The notes: generated by a model not told the origin, from the letters alone. DNA of 63,246 bases from an uncultured Oscillospiraceae bacterium (GCA_964654125.1 CAZZGG010000003.1:1-63246); one strand, 5' to 3'; positions 34,850 through 43,904 are shown, counted from the first letter of the stretch. A program made the numbers and translations.

Positions 34850-37318
34850 ATGGCTAAGCAATTATTCATTAATCCTGAAGAGGTCAGGCAGGCGGGCTGG
34901 ATCAAGTTCAGCAACATTCCTGTCAACCAGTATAACAAGACTGTTGCCGAGGAAAAAGACAGTTTTGGCAAAGAGAATCTCTTGCGTATTTATCACGATA
35001 TGCGCCTGATCCGTGAGTTTGAGGAGATGCTCTATTCAATCAAGACAACCAACGCCTACAATGGCCTGGAGTACAATAATCCCGGGCCGGCCCATCTTTC
35101 CATCGGCCAGGAAGCTGCTGCGGTTGGCCAGGCTTATGTCCTGGATGTAGAGGATGTCATCCTTGGCTCACACAGAAGCCACGGTGAAATATTGGCCAAA
35201 GGCCTTTCCGCCATTGTCAAGCTGCCTGAGCAGGCCCTTTTGGAGATCATGGAAAAATACATGGATGGCCAGATCTGGCGCATTGTCGAAAAAGCCAGCC
35301 AGGGCCGTTCCTTAAAAGAGCAAGCGATTGACTTTTTGACTTATGGTGCCTTGGCTGAGATCTTTGCCAAAAAAACCGGTTTTAACCAAGGCCTGGGTGG
35401 CTCCATGCATGCTTTCTTCCAGCCTTTTGGCATTTATCCCAACAATGCCATCGTAGGCGGTTCAGGTGATATATCTGTCGGTGCAGCCCTTTACAAGAAA
35501 ATCAACCGCAAACCGGGTCTGGTCGTCTGTAATATCGGTGACGGCTCCCTGGGCTGCGGCCCTGTCTGGGAAGGCATGATGCTGGCGGCCATGGATCAGT
35601 ACCGCACCTTGTGGGAAGACGATATGCAAGGCGGCCTGCCTTTGATTTTCAATATCATGAACAACCAGTATGCCATGGGCGGCCAGACCCGGGGTGAGAC
35701 CATGGGTTATGATTTTGTAGCCAGGATTGGGGCCGGGATCAACCAGGATCAGCTTCATGCTGAAAGAGTCGATGGCTATAATCCTTTAGCTGTTATTGAT
35801 GCCTTCCAACGCAAGAAAGCTGTCCTGGCAGAAAAACGCGGACCTGTCCTGCTTGACACCCTGACCTATCGTTATGCCGGCCATTCACCCTCGGACGCTG
35901 ACTCTTATCGCTCTGCTGAAGAAAAAGAACTCTGGCAGGAGCATGATTCGATCGCCTTTTTCCGCAAGGAGCTGGTTGCTGCCGGTGTGGCAGATGATAC
36001 TGTTTTCCAGGAACTGGATGAGCAGATAGTCGCCACAGTCAGCCGGGCAGTCAAGCTGGCCATTGATCCTGTCATTTCACCCCGTATGGATCTGACCCAG
36101 GAACCGGCCGCTATAGAAAAATTGATGTATTCCAACCAGCAGCAGGAAAAGATGGACAACAGGCCGGTCGAGGTGCTGCTGCCCAAGGCAGAGAATCCCC
36201 GCCTGCAGCAGATTGCCAGGAAAGTTCGTTTTGCCTTTGATGAGCAGGGTAAAGCTGTTTCGAAAAACAGGGTCTACCAGCTGCGTGACGGGCTCTTTGA
36301 AGCCATCCTGGATAAATTCTATGAAGACCCGACCCTGATTGCCTATGGCGAGGAGAATCGTGACTGGGGCGGAGCTTTTGCTGTCTACCGCGGTCTGACT
36401 GAAGCTTTGCCTTACCACCGCCTCTTTAATGCACCGATCTCCGAAGGTGCAATTGTCGGTTCGGCTGTCGGTTATGCCATGAGTGGCGGCCGGGCCCTGG
36501 TTGAACTGATGTACTGTGACTTTTTGGGCCGGGCCGGTGACGAGGTCTTTAACCAGCTGCCGAAATGGCAGGCCATGTCAGCGGGTGTTTTGAAAATGCC
36601 AGTTGTGGTACGTGTTTCTGTTGGCTCAAAATATGGTGCCCAGCACTCCCAGGACTGGACAGCGCTTTGTACCCACATACCGGGCCTTAAGGTGGTTTTC
36701 CCGGCTACACCCTATGATGCCAAAGGCCTGATGGCAGCGGCATTAAACGGTACCGACCCGGTGATCTTTTTTGAGAGTCAGCGTATTTACGATATTGGAG
36801 AGATGTTCCACGAGGGCGGCGTGCCCACTCAGCCCTACCAGATTGAGCTGGGTGAGCCGGATATTAAAAGACAGGGTAAGGATCTGACCATTCTGACTAT
36901 TGGTGCGACCTTGTACCGGGCCCTGGAGGCCGCCGAGCTCTTGGCAGGCCATGGCATTGAGGCTGAAGTGATTGACGCCCGCACCCTGGTCCCCTTTAAT
37001 TATGATCTTGTTTGTGAATCCGTGCGTAAGACCGGTAAGGTGATAGTGGCAGGCGATGCCTGTGAGCGCGGCTCCTACCTGAGTGAGCTGGCCCGTAATA
37101 TTAATGATTTATGCTTTGACGATCTTGATGCACCGGCTATTGTCCTGGGTTCGCGCAACTGGATCACACCCGCTTTTGAACTGGAGGAACATTTCTTCCC
37201 GCAGCCGGACTGGTTTGTTGATGTTTTTCATGAAAGGATACAGCCAATTGCAGGTTACAGCGCTAAACACAACTTCACCGATGTGGAGCTGATGCGCCGT
37301 CACAAGTTCGGGGTTTAA
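34850..37318 (+). CDS. fused E1 alpha-beta thiamine-diphosphate-dependent dehydrogenase component
   Basis: 822 aa. The N-terminal half has the alpha-type ThDP motif GDG...NNQYAM. The C-terminal half is beta-type (transketolase-like Pyr and C-terminal domains). Confidence 0.85.
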   Translation: MAKQLFINPEEVRQAGWIKFSNIPVNQYNKTVAEEKDSFGKENLLRIYHDMRLIREFEEMLYSIKTTNAYNGLEYNNPGPAHLSIGQEAAAVGQAYVLDVEDVILGSHRSHGEILAKGLSAIVKLPEQALLEIMEKYMDGQIWRIVEKASQGRSLKEQAIDFLTYGALAEIFAKKTGFNQGLGGSMHAFFQPFGIYPNNAIVGGSGDISVGAALYKKINRKPGLVVCNIGDGSLGCGPVWEGMMLAAMDQYRTLWEDDMQGGLPLIFNIMNNQYAMGGQTRGETMGYDFVARIGAGINQDQLHAERVDGYNPLAVIDAFQRKKAVLAEKRGPVLLDTLTYRYAGHSPSDADSYRSAEEKELWQEHDSIAFFRKELVAAGVADDTVFQELDEQIVATVSRAVKLAIDPVISPRMDLTQEPAAIEKLMYSNQQQEKMDNRPVEVLLPKAENPRLQQIARKVRFAFDEQGKAVSKNRVYQLRDGLFEAILDKFYEDPTLIAYGEENRDWGGAFAVYRGLTEALPYHRLFNAPISEGAIVGSAVGYAMSGGRALVELMYCDFLGRAGDEVFNQLPKWQAMSAGVLKMPVVVRVSVGSKYGAQHSQDWTALCTHIPGLKVVFPATPYDAKGLMAAALNGTDPVIFFESQRIYDIGEMFHEGGVPTQPYQIELGEPDIKRQGKDLTILTIGATLYRALEAAELLAGHGIEAEVIDARTLVPFNYDLVCESVRKTGKVIVAGDACERGSYLSELARNINDLCFDDLDAPAIVLGSRNWITPAFELEEHFFPQPDWFVDVFHERIQPIAGYSAKHNFTDVELMRRHKFGV

Positions 37319-37356
37319 GCTTCCATGGTACAATGGAAAAAAACAGGAGATCTGCC

Positions 37357-38646
37357 ATGCGCCAATTAGAACTGGAGCAGCTGATTGACAAGCTCAATCA
37401 TCCCAATAAAAAAGAACGTCTGGTCGCCCTGCGCGATCTGCGTCAGCAAGAGACATCCCTGCCGCCCGGCAGGGATGTCAACAATCATATCCACACCTTT
37501 TATTCATTTTCACCCTATTCACCGACCAAGGCTGTCTATATGGCAGCCCGGGCCGGTTTGGCAACTGCTGGTATCATGGACCATGATACCGTTGCCGGGA
37601 TCAGGGAGTTTCGTGCAGCCGGCCATATCTGGGGTCTGCCCACCACCGGCGGCGCAGAGTGCCGAGCTTCTTTTGCTGCAACACCCCTGGCAGGCAGAAG
37701 GATAAACAATCCCGATCAGGATGATCTGGCCTATGTTGCCCTGCACGGCATACCTGACAGCCAGGTTGAGGCAGTGGCGGAGTTTTTCCAGCCCATCCAG
37801 CTAGCCCGGACCCGGCGCAACCGCCGCATGACCAGGCGCCTGAATGGCCTGCTGGCACCTTTGGCGATCGAGCTGGATTATGCTGCAGATATCCTGCCCT
37901 TGTCCCAGGCTCATGACCAGGGCCAGGTGACAGAGCGCCATCTGCTTTATGCAGCTGCCCTGCAGCTGGAGCAAAAATTCGGGGCTGGCCAGGAACTGAT
38001 TGGTTTTTTGCAAGACGGGCTGAAACTGGCCTTAAGCAGCAAGGTAAAGGACCAGTTGCAAGACCGGCAAAATCCCTATCTGGCTTATGACCTACTGGGC
38101 CTGCTCAAGGGTGAGCTGGGCAGCAGCTTCTATTTGCCAGCCAATGAGGAAGAATGTCCGCCGATTGACGAACTGGCTGAATTTGCCAAAAACAATGGTA
38201 TCATTTTGGCCTATCCTTATCTGGGTGATGTGACGGATTCAGTCACTGGTGACAAAAAGGCGCAAGCCTTTGAAGACAGCTATCTGCCTGAACATTTTAC
38301 TTTATTAAAGCAACTGGGCTTTAACGCCATCACCTACATGCCTTCGCGCAATACCCGTGCCCAGCTGCTGCGTCTGCGTCAGCTGTGCCTGGACCACGGC
38401 TTTTTCCAGATCAGCGGGGAAGATATAAATCAGCCGCGCCAGGCCTTTGTCTGTCAAGCTATGCGGGATCCGCTTTTTGCTAATCTGTATGATGCGGCCT
38501 GGGCCCTGATCGGCCATGAGCTGCTGGCAGGCCAGGACCTGGAGCAGGGTATGTTTTCTAAGGCTAATGCTGAGAAGATGCCGGATCTGACGGAACGGAT
38601 CAATTACTACAAAAATCAGGCCTTATCTGCACATGGGCAGAGTTAA
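37357..38646 (+). CDS. PHP-domain phosphoesterase
   Basis: NNHIHTFYS (HxH) and GIMDHDT motifs of the PHP fold. ATG 37357 lies 6 nt after AGGAGA and is preferred over ATG 37333. Confidence 0.65.
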   Translation: MRQLELEQLIDKLNHPNKKERLVALRDLRQQETSLPPGRDVNNHIHTFYSFSPYSPTKAVYMAARAGLATAGIMDHDTVAGIREFRAAGHIWGLPTTGGAECRASFAATPLAGRRINNPDQDDLAYVALHGIPDSQVEAVAEFFQPIQLARTRRNRRMTRRLNGLLAPLAIELDYAADILPLSQAHDQGQVTERHLLYAAALQLEQKFGAGQELIGFLQDGLKLALSSKVKDQLQDRQNPYLAYDLLGLLKGELGSSFYLPANEEECPPIDELAEFAKNNGIILAYPYLGDVTDSVTGDKKAQAFEDSYLPEHFTLLKQLGFNAITYMPSRNTRAQLLRLRQLCLDHGFFQISGEDINQPRQAFVCQAMRDPLFANLYDAAWALIGHELLAGQDLEQGMFSKANAEKMPDLTERINYYKNQALSAHGQS

Positions 38647-38660
38647 AAAGGAGGAAGATT

Positions 38661-39947
38661 ATGATTAACCAGGAGATTATCCAACAAGCCTACAGTGCTG
38701 CTAAAGCAATCTATGCCAGATACGGCCTGGACACTGATGCCATCTTGCAGCAACTAGCAAAGATCGAAGTTTCCATGAACTGCTGGCAGGGCGATGACGT
38801 GACCGGTCTGGAAAATACTGCCGGCGGCGTCTCCGGGGGTATCATGGCAACCGGCCAGTACCCTGGCAAAGCCCGCACCGGAGATGAGCTGCGCGCTGAC
38901 CTGGATCTGGCCATGAGCCTGATTCCCGGCCGGCAAAGAGTTAATCTGCATGCCAGCTATGCTGAGTTAGCTGGCGAAACAGTAGACCGGGACGCCTATG
39001 ATGTGCGTCATTTTGCCGCCTGGCTGGACTGGGCCCGCGAGCGTGACCTGGGCCTGGACTTTAACCCAACCTGCTTTGGCCATCCCCTGGCTGCAGATAA
39101 CCTGACCCTGGCTCATCCAGATGAGAAAACCCGCCGTTTCTGGATTAATCACTGTAAGGCCAGCCGCAAGATAGCGGCAGCTATTGGTAAAGAGCTGGGC
39201 AAGCCGGTTGTCAATAATATCTGGGTGCCAGACGGCATGAAGGACATGCCGGCAGACCGGACATACTACCGCGCCCTCTTGCGTGACTCTCTGGATGAGA
39301 TCCTGGCTGAGAACCATCCGGACCAGCAGTTGCTTGACGCTGTGGAATGCAAGCTGTTCGGGGTGGGTGTGGAAAGCTACACTGTTGGTTCACACGAGTT
39401 CTATATGGAATATGTTAGCCATGCTAAAAGCAGCGGCAAGGCCAATCTGATGCTGACTCTGGATATGGGCCATTTCCATCCGACTGAGACCATTGCTGAT
39501 AAGATCTCCACCTTGCTGCTTTTTCATGACAAGCTGCTCATTCATGTCAGCCGGGCAGTCAAATGGGACAGTGACCACGTTGTGGTCACTGATGACAATG
39601 TTCAGGATGTCATGCGTGAGATCAAGCGGGCTGACGGCTTTGGCCGGGTCTTTTTGGCTACAGATTTCTTTGACGGCAGCATCAACCGGGTTGCTGCCTG
39701 GGTGATTGGTATCCGGGCTACGCAAAAAGCAATTCTGGCTGCCTTGCTGGAACCGACCAGCATGCTCAAGCAGGTGGAAAAAGACGGCAAGTACACAGAC
39801 CGGCTGGTCCTGATGGAAGAAGCCCGGTCTTTGCCTTGGCCGGCTGTCTGGGATAAATTCTGCCTAGATCAGGGAGTTCCGATCGGTTCTGACTGGTTGC
39901 CTGTGATCCACGACTATGAAAAGAATGTGCTCAGCCAACGGGTCTGA
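38661..39947 (+). CDS. rhaA: L-rhamnose isomerase
   Basis: Collinear similarity to E. coli RhaA over the whole length (SMNCWQGDDV, YPGKART, LDFNPTCF, HCKASR, NIWVPDGMKD, GHFHPTE, HVSR-VKWDSDHVV). Confidence 0.9.
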   Translation: MINQEIIQQAYSAAKAIYARYGLDTDAILQQLAKIEVSMNCWQGDDVTGLENTAGGVSGGIMATGQYPGKARTGDELRADLDLAMSLIPGRQRVNLHASYAELAGETVDRDAYDVRHFAAWLDWARERDLGLDFNPTCFGHPLAADNLTLAHPDEKTRRFWINHCKASRKIAAAIGKELGKPVVNNIWVPDGMKDMPADRTYYRALLRDSLDEILAENHPDQQLLDAVECKLFGVGVESYTVGSHEFYMEYVSHAKSSGKANLMLTLDMGHFHPTETIADKISTLLLFHDKLLIHVSRAVKWDSDHVVVTDDNVQDVMREIKRADGFGRVFLATDFFDGSINRVAAWVIGIRATQKAILAALLEPTSMLKQVEKDGKYTDRLVLMEEARSLPWPAVWDKFCLDQGVPIGSDWLPVIHDYEKNVLSQRV

Positions 39948-39967
39948 CCGATTTAGCAGAGGTGCTT

Positions 39968-41083
39968 ATGCAAAAGAATAAGTTTTTCGAAGACAATCAG
40001 CCGATCCTAACTGACTTTGTGCAGCTTTCGCAAACTGCTGGCGCTCGCTCAGATTATGTCCAAGGTGGTGGTGGCAACACTTCCTGTAAACTGGATGACC
40101 AGCTTATGGCCATCAAAGCGTCCGGCTACCGCCTGGACCAGATCAGACCGGACCAGGCTTATGCTGTCTTGGACTACCAGCTGCTGCGGCGCTTTTATGC
40201 TGAGCCACCTGTTGGTCTGGCGGATCTGGAGGCGGCAGGTTCTGCCCAAGCCAGCCAAGCCAGCAGGACAATTGCCGGCCTGGACCAGCTGCGTCCTTCG
40301 GTTGAAGCTGGTTTTCATGCTCTGCTGGACACTTTTGTCCTGCACACCCATTCTGTCTACGCCAACCTGGCTGCCTGTTCCGCCGATGGTGAGCAGGTGG
40401 CTGCCCGGGCCTTGGCCGGTATTGGAGCAGAGTTTGTTTTCATACCTTATATCAATCCCGGCGCCCAGCTGACCTTGGCCATCCAGACAGCTCTGCAGCA
40501 AAAGGAAGCTGAAACAGGGCGCCGGCCGCAGCTTTTAATTTTGCAAAATCATGGTTTTATTGTGACCGGGCCAGACGCTGCCAGCTGCCTGCAGCTGCAT
40601 GAAGCAGCCAACCAGCAGCTGGCGGCAGCCTTTGCTGTCTCCACAGCAGACTGGCCAGCAACTGCAGTTGAGCCTCATGCTGATATTGCCGGCCTTTTCG
40701 GATCGGCAACCCCATGGCTGGCGGACAGGCTAAAGGGACTGGCAGATCTGGACCTTTTCATCAAACAGCCACTTTATCCGGACCAGATGGTTTTTCTGGA
40801 CGGTAAAATCGCCCTGGCCAGCCCGGCAGAAGCAGCAGATCCAGAAGCGTTTTTCCAGGCCAGGCCGGAGGTTTGTCTGATTTTGCCAAAAACCGGCCAA
40901 GTTTTTTACAAATGCAGTTATAATGAAGCCAGGACCATTGAACAGACTTTATGTGCGGTCTTGTTTATTAACAGCGTGATCCAGGCCTCCGGTGCAAGAG
41001 TGATCAATATGAGCCAGGCGGGCCAGGATTTTATCAGCGGCTGGGAAAGTGAGCAATACCGCAAGAAAATTGCTGAAAAATGA
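39968..41083 (+). CDS. class II aldolase/adducin-fold protein resembling the N-terminal (RhaE) half of bifunctional rhamnulose-1-phosphate aldolase/dehydrogenase
   Basis: GGGGNTSCK...IKASGYRL and PSVEAGFHALL...LHTHS motifs parallel the YuxG/RhaEW N-domain. No fused SDR domain. ATG 39968 or GTG 39962. Confidence 0.65.
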   Translation: MQKNKFFEDNQPILTDFVQLSQTAGARSDYVQGGGGNTSCKLDDQLMAIKASGYRLDQIRPDQAYAVLDYQLLRRFYAEPPVGLADLEAAGSAQASQASRTIAGLDQLRPSVEAGFHALLDTFVLHTHSVYANLAACSADGEQVAARALAGIGAEFVFIPYINPGAQLTLAIQTALQQKEAETGRRPQLLILQNHGFIVTGPDAASCLQLHEAANQQLAAAFAVSTADWPATAVEPHADIAGLFGSATPWLADRLKGLADLDLFIKQPLYPDQMVFLDGKIALASPAEAADPEAFFQARPEVCLILPKTGQVFYKCSYNEARTIEQTLCAVLFINSVIQASGARVINMSQAGQDFISGWESEQYRKKIAEK

Positions 41084-41115
41084 TTGTTTGCCAGCAGTAG
41101 AAAAGGAGACCAGGA

Positions 41116-42597
41116 ATGTCTTTAGCCAAGCAGTTGATCGCTTTTGATTTTGGTGCATCCAGCGGCCGGGCCATGCTGGGTAGTTTTGATGGTGAGCGGA
41201 TTAAGCTGACCGAAATTCATCGCTTCCCCAATGATCCGGTCCAGGTGGGGGACACACTTTATTGGGACCTGCTGCGTCTATTTCACGAAGTCAAACAGGG
41301 CCTGATCAAAGCCAAGGCCTATGGCAGAATTGACAGCATCGCCATTGACACCTGGGGCGTTGACTTCGGCCTTTTAGATCAAGCCGGCCGGCTTTTGGAA
41401 AACCCGGTCCATTATCGTGATAACAGGACCGAAGGTATCATGGATGAAGTCTTCCAGCTGATCCCCAAAGCTGAGCTTTACCAGCGCACCGGGACCCAGT
41501 TTTTGCATTTCAACACCCTCTATCAGCTTTATTCATTGAAAAAACAGCGGCCTGAACTGCTGGAACAGGCAGCCTGCCTGCTCCAGACACCTGACCTTTT
41601 CTTGTACTTACTGACTGGGCGGCGTCAGGCTGAGTTCACCATTGCTTCCACCAGCCAGATGATCAACCCTTATAGCAGTGACTGGGATTGGGAATTGCTG
41701 GAGCGGCTGGACTTGCCCGCTCGGCTGCTTTGTCCGGTGGTTTATCCGGGCCAGCCAGCAGCACCCCTGGCGCCGGCTATTTGTGCTGAGCTGGGCCTGG
41801 AGCCAATCCCTGTGATGGTTGCTGCCTCGCACGACACGGCTTCTGCTGTTGTTGCTGTGCCGGCAACTGAAGCTGACTTCATCTATATCAGCAGCGGCAC
41901 CTGGTCTTTGATGGGGATTGAGAGTCCCAGCCCCCTGATCAATGACCAGACCTATAGCTTTAACTTCACCAATGAAGGCGGCTATAATAAGACAACCCGC
42001 TTCTTGAAAAATATCATGGGCCTGTGGCTGATCCAGGAATCAAGGCGCCAGTGGATGCGCGAGGGTGCCACGGTGAGTTATGCCGACTTAGAGCGCGAAG
42101 CCCTGGCATGTGCGCCTTTTGTCAGCTTGATCGATCCAGATGAACCAGAGCTAGGCTTTCCTGGTGATATGCCGGCGAAGATCCGTCAGCTCTGCCAGGC
42201 AACTGGCCAGCCAGTGCCCGAGACCAGAGGTGAGGTGGTGCGCTGTATTTATGAAAGCCTGGCCCTTAAATACCAGGTGACCAAACAGCAGATAGAGCAG
42301 GTCACCGGCAGGCAATATCATTATCTGCATGTTGTTGGCGGCGGTACTAAAGATGGACTTTTATCACAATTTACTGCCAATGCCACTGGCAGCCGGGTCA
42401 TAGCTGGTCCGATTGAGGCAACAGCCCTGGGTAATATGGCAGTCCAACTGCTGGCGCATGGCACCATCAAAGACCTGGCTGCAGCCCGCAGCCTGATTGC
42501 TAATTCTTTTGAGCTGAAAAGCTACGAACCGGCAGATCAGGCCAGCTGGCAGGCTGCTTTGCAACGCTATCGCCAGCTCTTTCCAGATCTGAAATGA
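41116..42597 (+). CDS. rhaB: rhamnulokinase
   Basis: Collinear similarity to E. coli RhaB (DFGASSGR, IDTWGVDF, YRD-RT, FNTLYQL, SHDTASAV, SSGTWSLMG, NEGG, LKNIMGLWL, VGGG). Confidence 0.9.
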   Translation: MSLAKQLIAFDFGASSGRAMLGSFDGERIKLTEIHRFPNDPVQVGDTLYWDLLRLFHEVKQGLIKAKAYGRIDSIAIDTWGVDFGLLDQAGRLLENPVHYRDNRTEGIMDEVFQLIPKAELYQRTGTQFLHFNTLYQLYSLKKQRPELLEQAACLLQTPDLFLYLLTGRRQAEFTIASTSQMINPYSSDWDWELLERLDLPARLLCPVVYPGQPAAPLAPAICAELGLEPIPVMVAASHDTASAVVAVPATEADFIYISSGTWSLMGIESPSPLINDQTYSFNFTNEGGYNKTTRFLKNIMGLWLIQESRRQWMREGATVSYADLEREALACAPFVSLIDPDEPELGFPGDMPAKIRQLCQATGQPVPETRGEVVRCIYESLALKYQVTKQQIEQVTGRQYHYLHVVGGGTKDGLLSQFTANATGSRVIAGPIEATALGNMAVQLLAHGTIKDLAAARSLIANSFELKSYEPADQASWQAALQRYRQLFPDLK

Positions 42598-42621
42598 TCT
42601 AAAAAACCCGCTTGATAAAAA

Positions 42622-42650
42622 ATACCGGCGGGGGGGACCGCCGGTATTTT
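42622..42650 (+). terminator. rho-independent terminator of the rhaB operon
   Basis: 10-bp GC-rich stem ATACCGGCGG/CCGCCGGTAT with a 6-nt loop, followed by TTTTAT. Confidence 0.85.
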
Positions 42651-42782
42651 ATAAGGGGGGTTATGAAGTAAGGGGATGCTTTTATATTGTCAAAGTAAGC
42701 TTAACAAGAAAATGTAGCCTCAGCATGGTCTAATCGTGAATAATATGTTAAGTGCCTTTGGCAATGAGGAGTCTTAGCTCAG

Positions 42783-43043
42783 ATGAAATTAGAAGGAAAC
42801 ACATTTTTGGCCAACTTACTGGTTAAAAGCGCCACTGTTGTACTGGATAATCCGGAGCAGCGTTTCAGCAAACAGCTGGATTTATGCCTGCTTGAACTGT
42901 GTCGCCAGCTCCAGGTGCCCCTGCCGCTCTGGCTGGAGAAAAACACACGGGAGTTTGCCCGTTTTCACCAAACAATTTTTTTTGCTGAACAATTTACTGA
43001 GCCAGTCAGCTTTGAACGGCTGCAAATTCGCTGGTTGGAGTAA
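42783..43043 (+). CDS. small hypothetical protein (86 aa)
   Basis: ORF preceded by GAGGAG. No family recognised. Immediately upstream of mazG. Confidence 0.4.
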   Translation: MKLEGNTFLANLLVKSATVVLDNPEQRFSKQLDLCLLELCRQLQVPLPLWLEKNTREFARFHQTIFFAEQFTEPVSFERLQIRWLE

Positions 43044-43058
43044 GAAAGAGGACTAAAT

Positions 43059-43904
43059 ATGTCAGATCAGGCAGCAAAGCATCTGCAAGATGAGGACCGG
43101 TTTGTGCTTAAGGACCGGTATACTATGGCTGAACTGCTCAGCTTGATGGCTTTTTTACGCAGCCCAGCCGGCTGCCCCTGGGACAGGCAGCAGACGGCCA
43201 GGGATCTGCGCCAGAATATGCTGGAGGAAGCCTATGAGGCCGTTGCCGCCTTAAACAGTGGCCAGACCGACCAGATCGTGGAAGAATTAGGAGATGTCCT
43301 GCTCCAGGTGGTTTTTCATGCCCAGATAGGCCAGGAAGCGGGGACTTTTACTTTTACTGATATTGTCTCAAGTCTTTGCCACAAGCTGATTTCGCGCCAC
43401 AGCCATTTGTTTGGTTCTGATGAGGCAGCAGATGCGGCGGAGGTGCTCGAGACCTGGGATAAGAATAAAAGAAAAGAAAAAGGCCAACAAAGCCAGAGCC
43501 AGGTCCTGCAGGATGTGGAGCGGTTTTTGCCAGCCTTGCTGCGCAGCTTCAAAGTTCAGCAGAAGGCGGCCCGGGTCGGCTTCGACTGGCCTGATCCGCA
43601 AGGGGCTTTTCAAAAAATAGCCGAGGAGCTGGCCGAGTTGGAGCAGGCGCTGGCCGGAAAGGACCAGGCGGAAGTAGAAGCTGAGCTGGGTGATCTGCTG
43701 TTTGCCCTGGTCAATTACGCCCGTCATCTTAAAGTTGAACCGGAACTGGCTCTGACTGGCGCTACAGATAAGTTTATCCGCCGTTTTACAGCCATGGAGG
43801 ATCTGGCTGGACAAAGAGGACTGGATTTGGAAAAAATGTCCCTGGCCGGGCTGGATCAGCTCTGGGACGAAGTGAAAGCAGGAAATGAAAATGAGATTAG
43901 ATAA
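43059..43904 (+). CDS. mazG: nucleoside triphosphate pyrophosphohydrolase MazG
   Basis: Two MazG repeats (EEAYEAVAAL...ELGDVLLQVVFHAQI and EELAELEQA...ELGDLLFALVNYARH). Confidence 0.85.
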   Translation: MSDQAAKHLQDEDRFVLKDRYTMAELLSLMAFLRSPAGCPWDRQQTARDLRQNMLEEAYEAVAALNSGQTDQIVEELGDVLLQVVFHAQIGQEAGTFTFTDIVSSLCHKLISRHSHLFGSDEAADAAEVLETWDKNKRKEKGQQSQSQVLQDVERFLPALLRSFKVQQKAARVGFDWPDPQGAFQKIAEELAELEQALAGKDQAEVEAELGDLLFALVNYARHLKVEPELALTGATDKFIRRFTAMEDLAGQRGLDLEKMSLAGLDQLWDEVKAGNENEIR

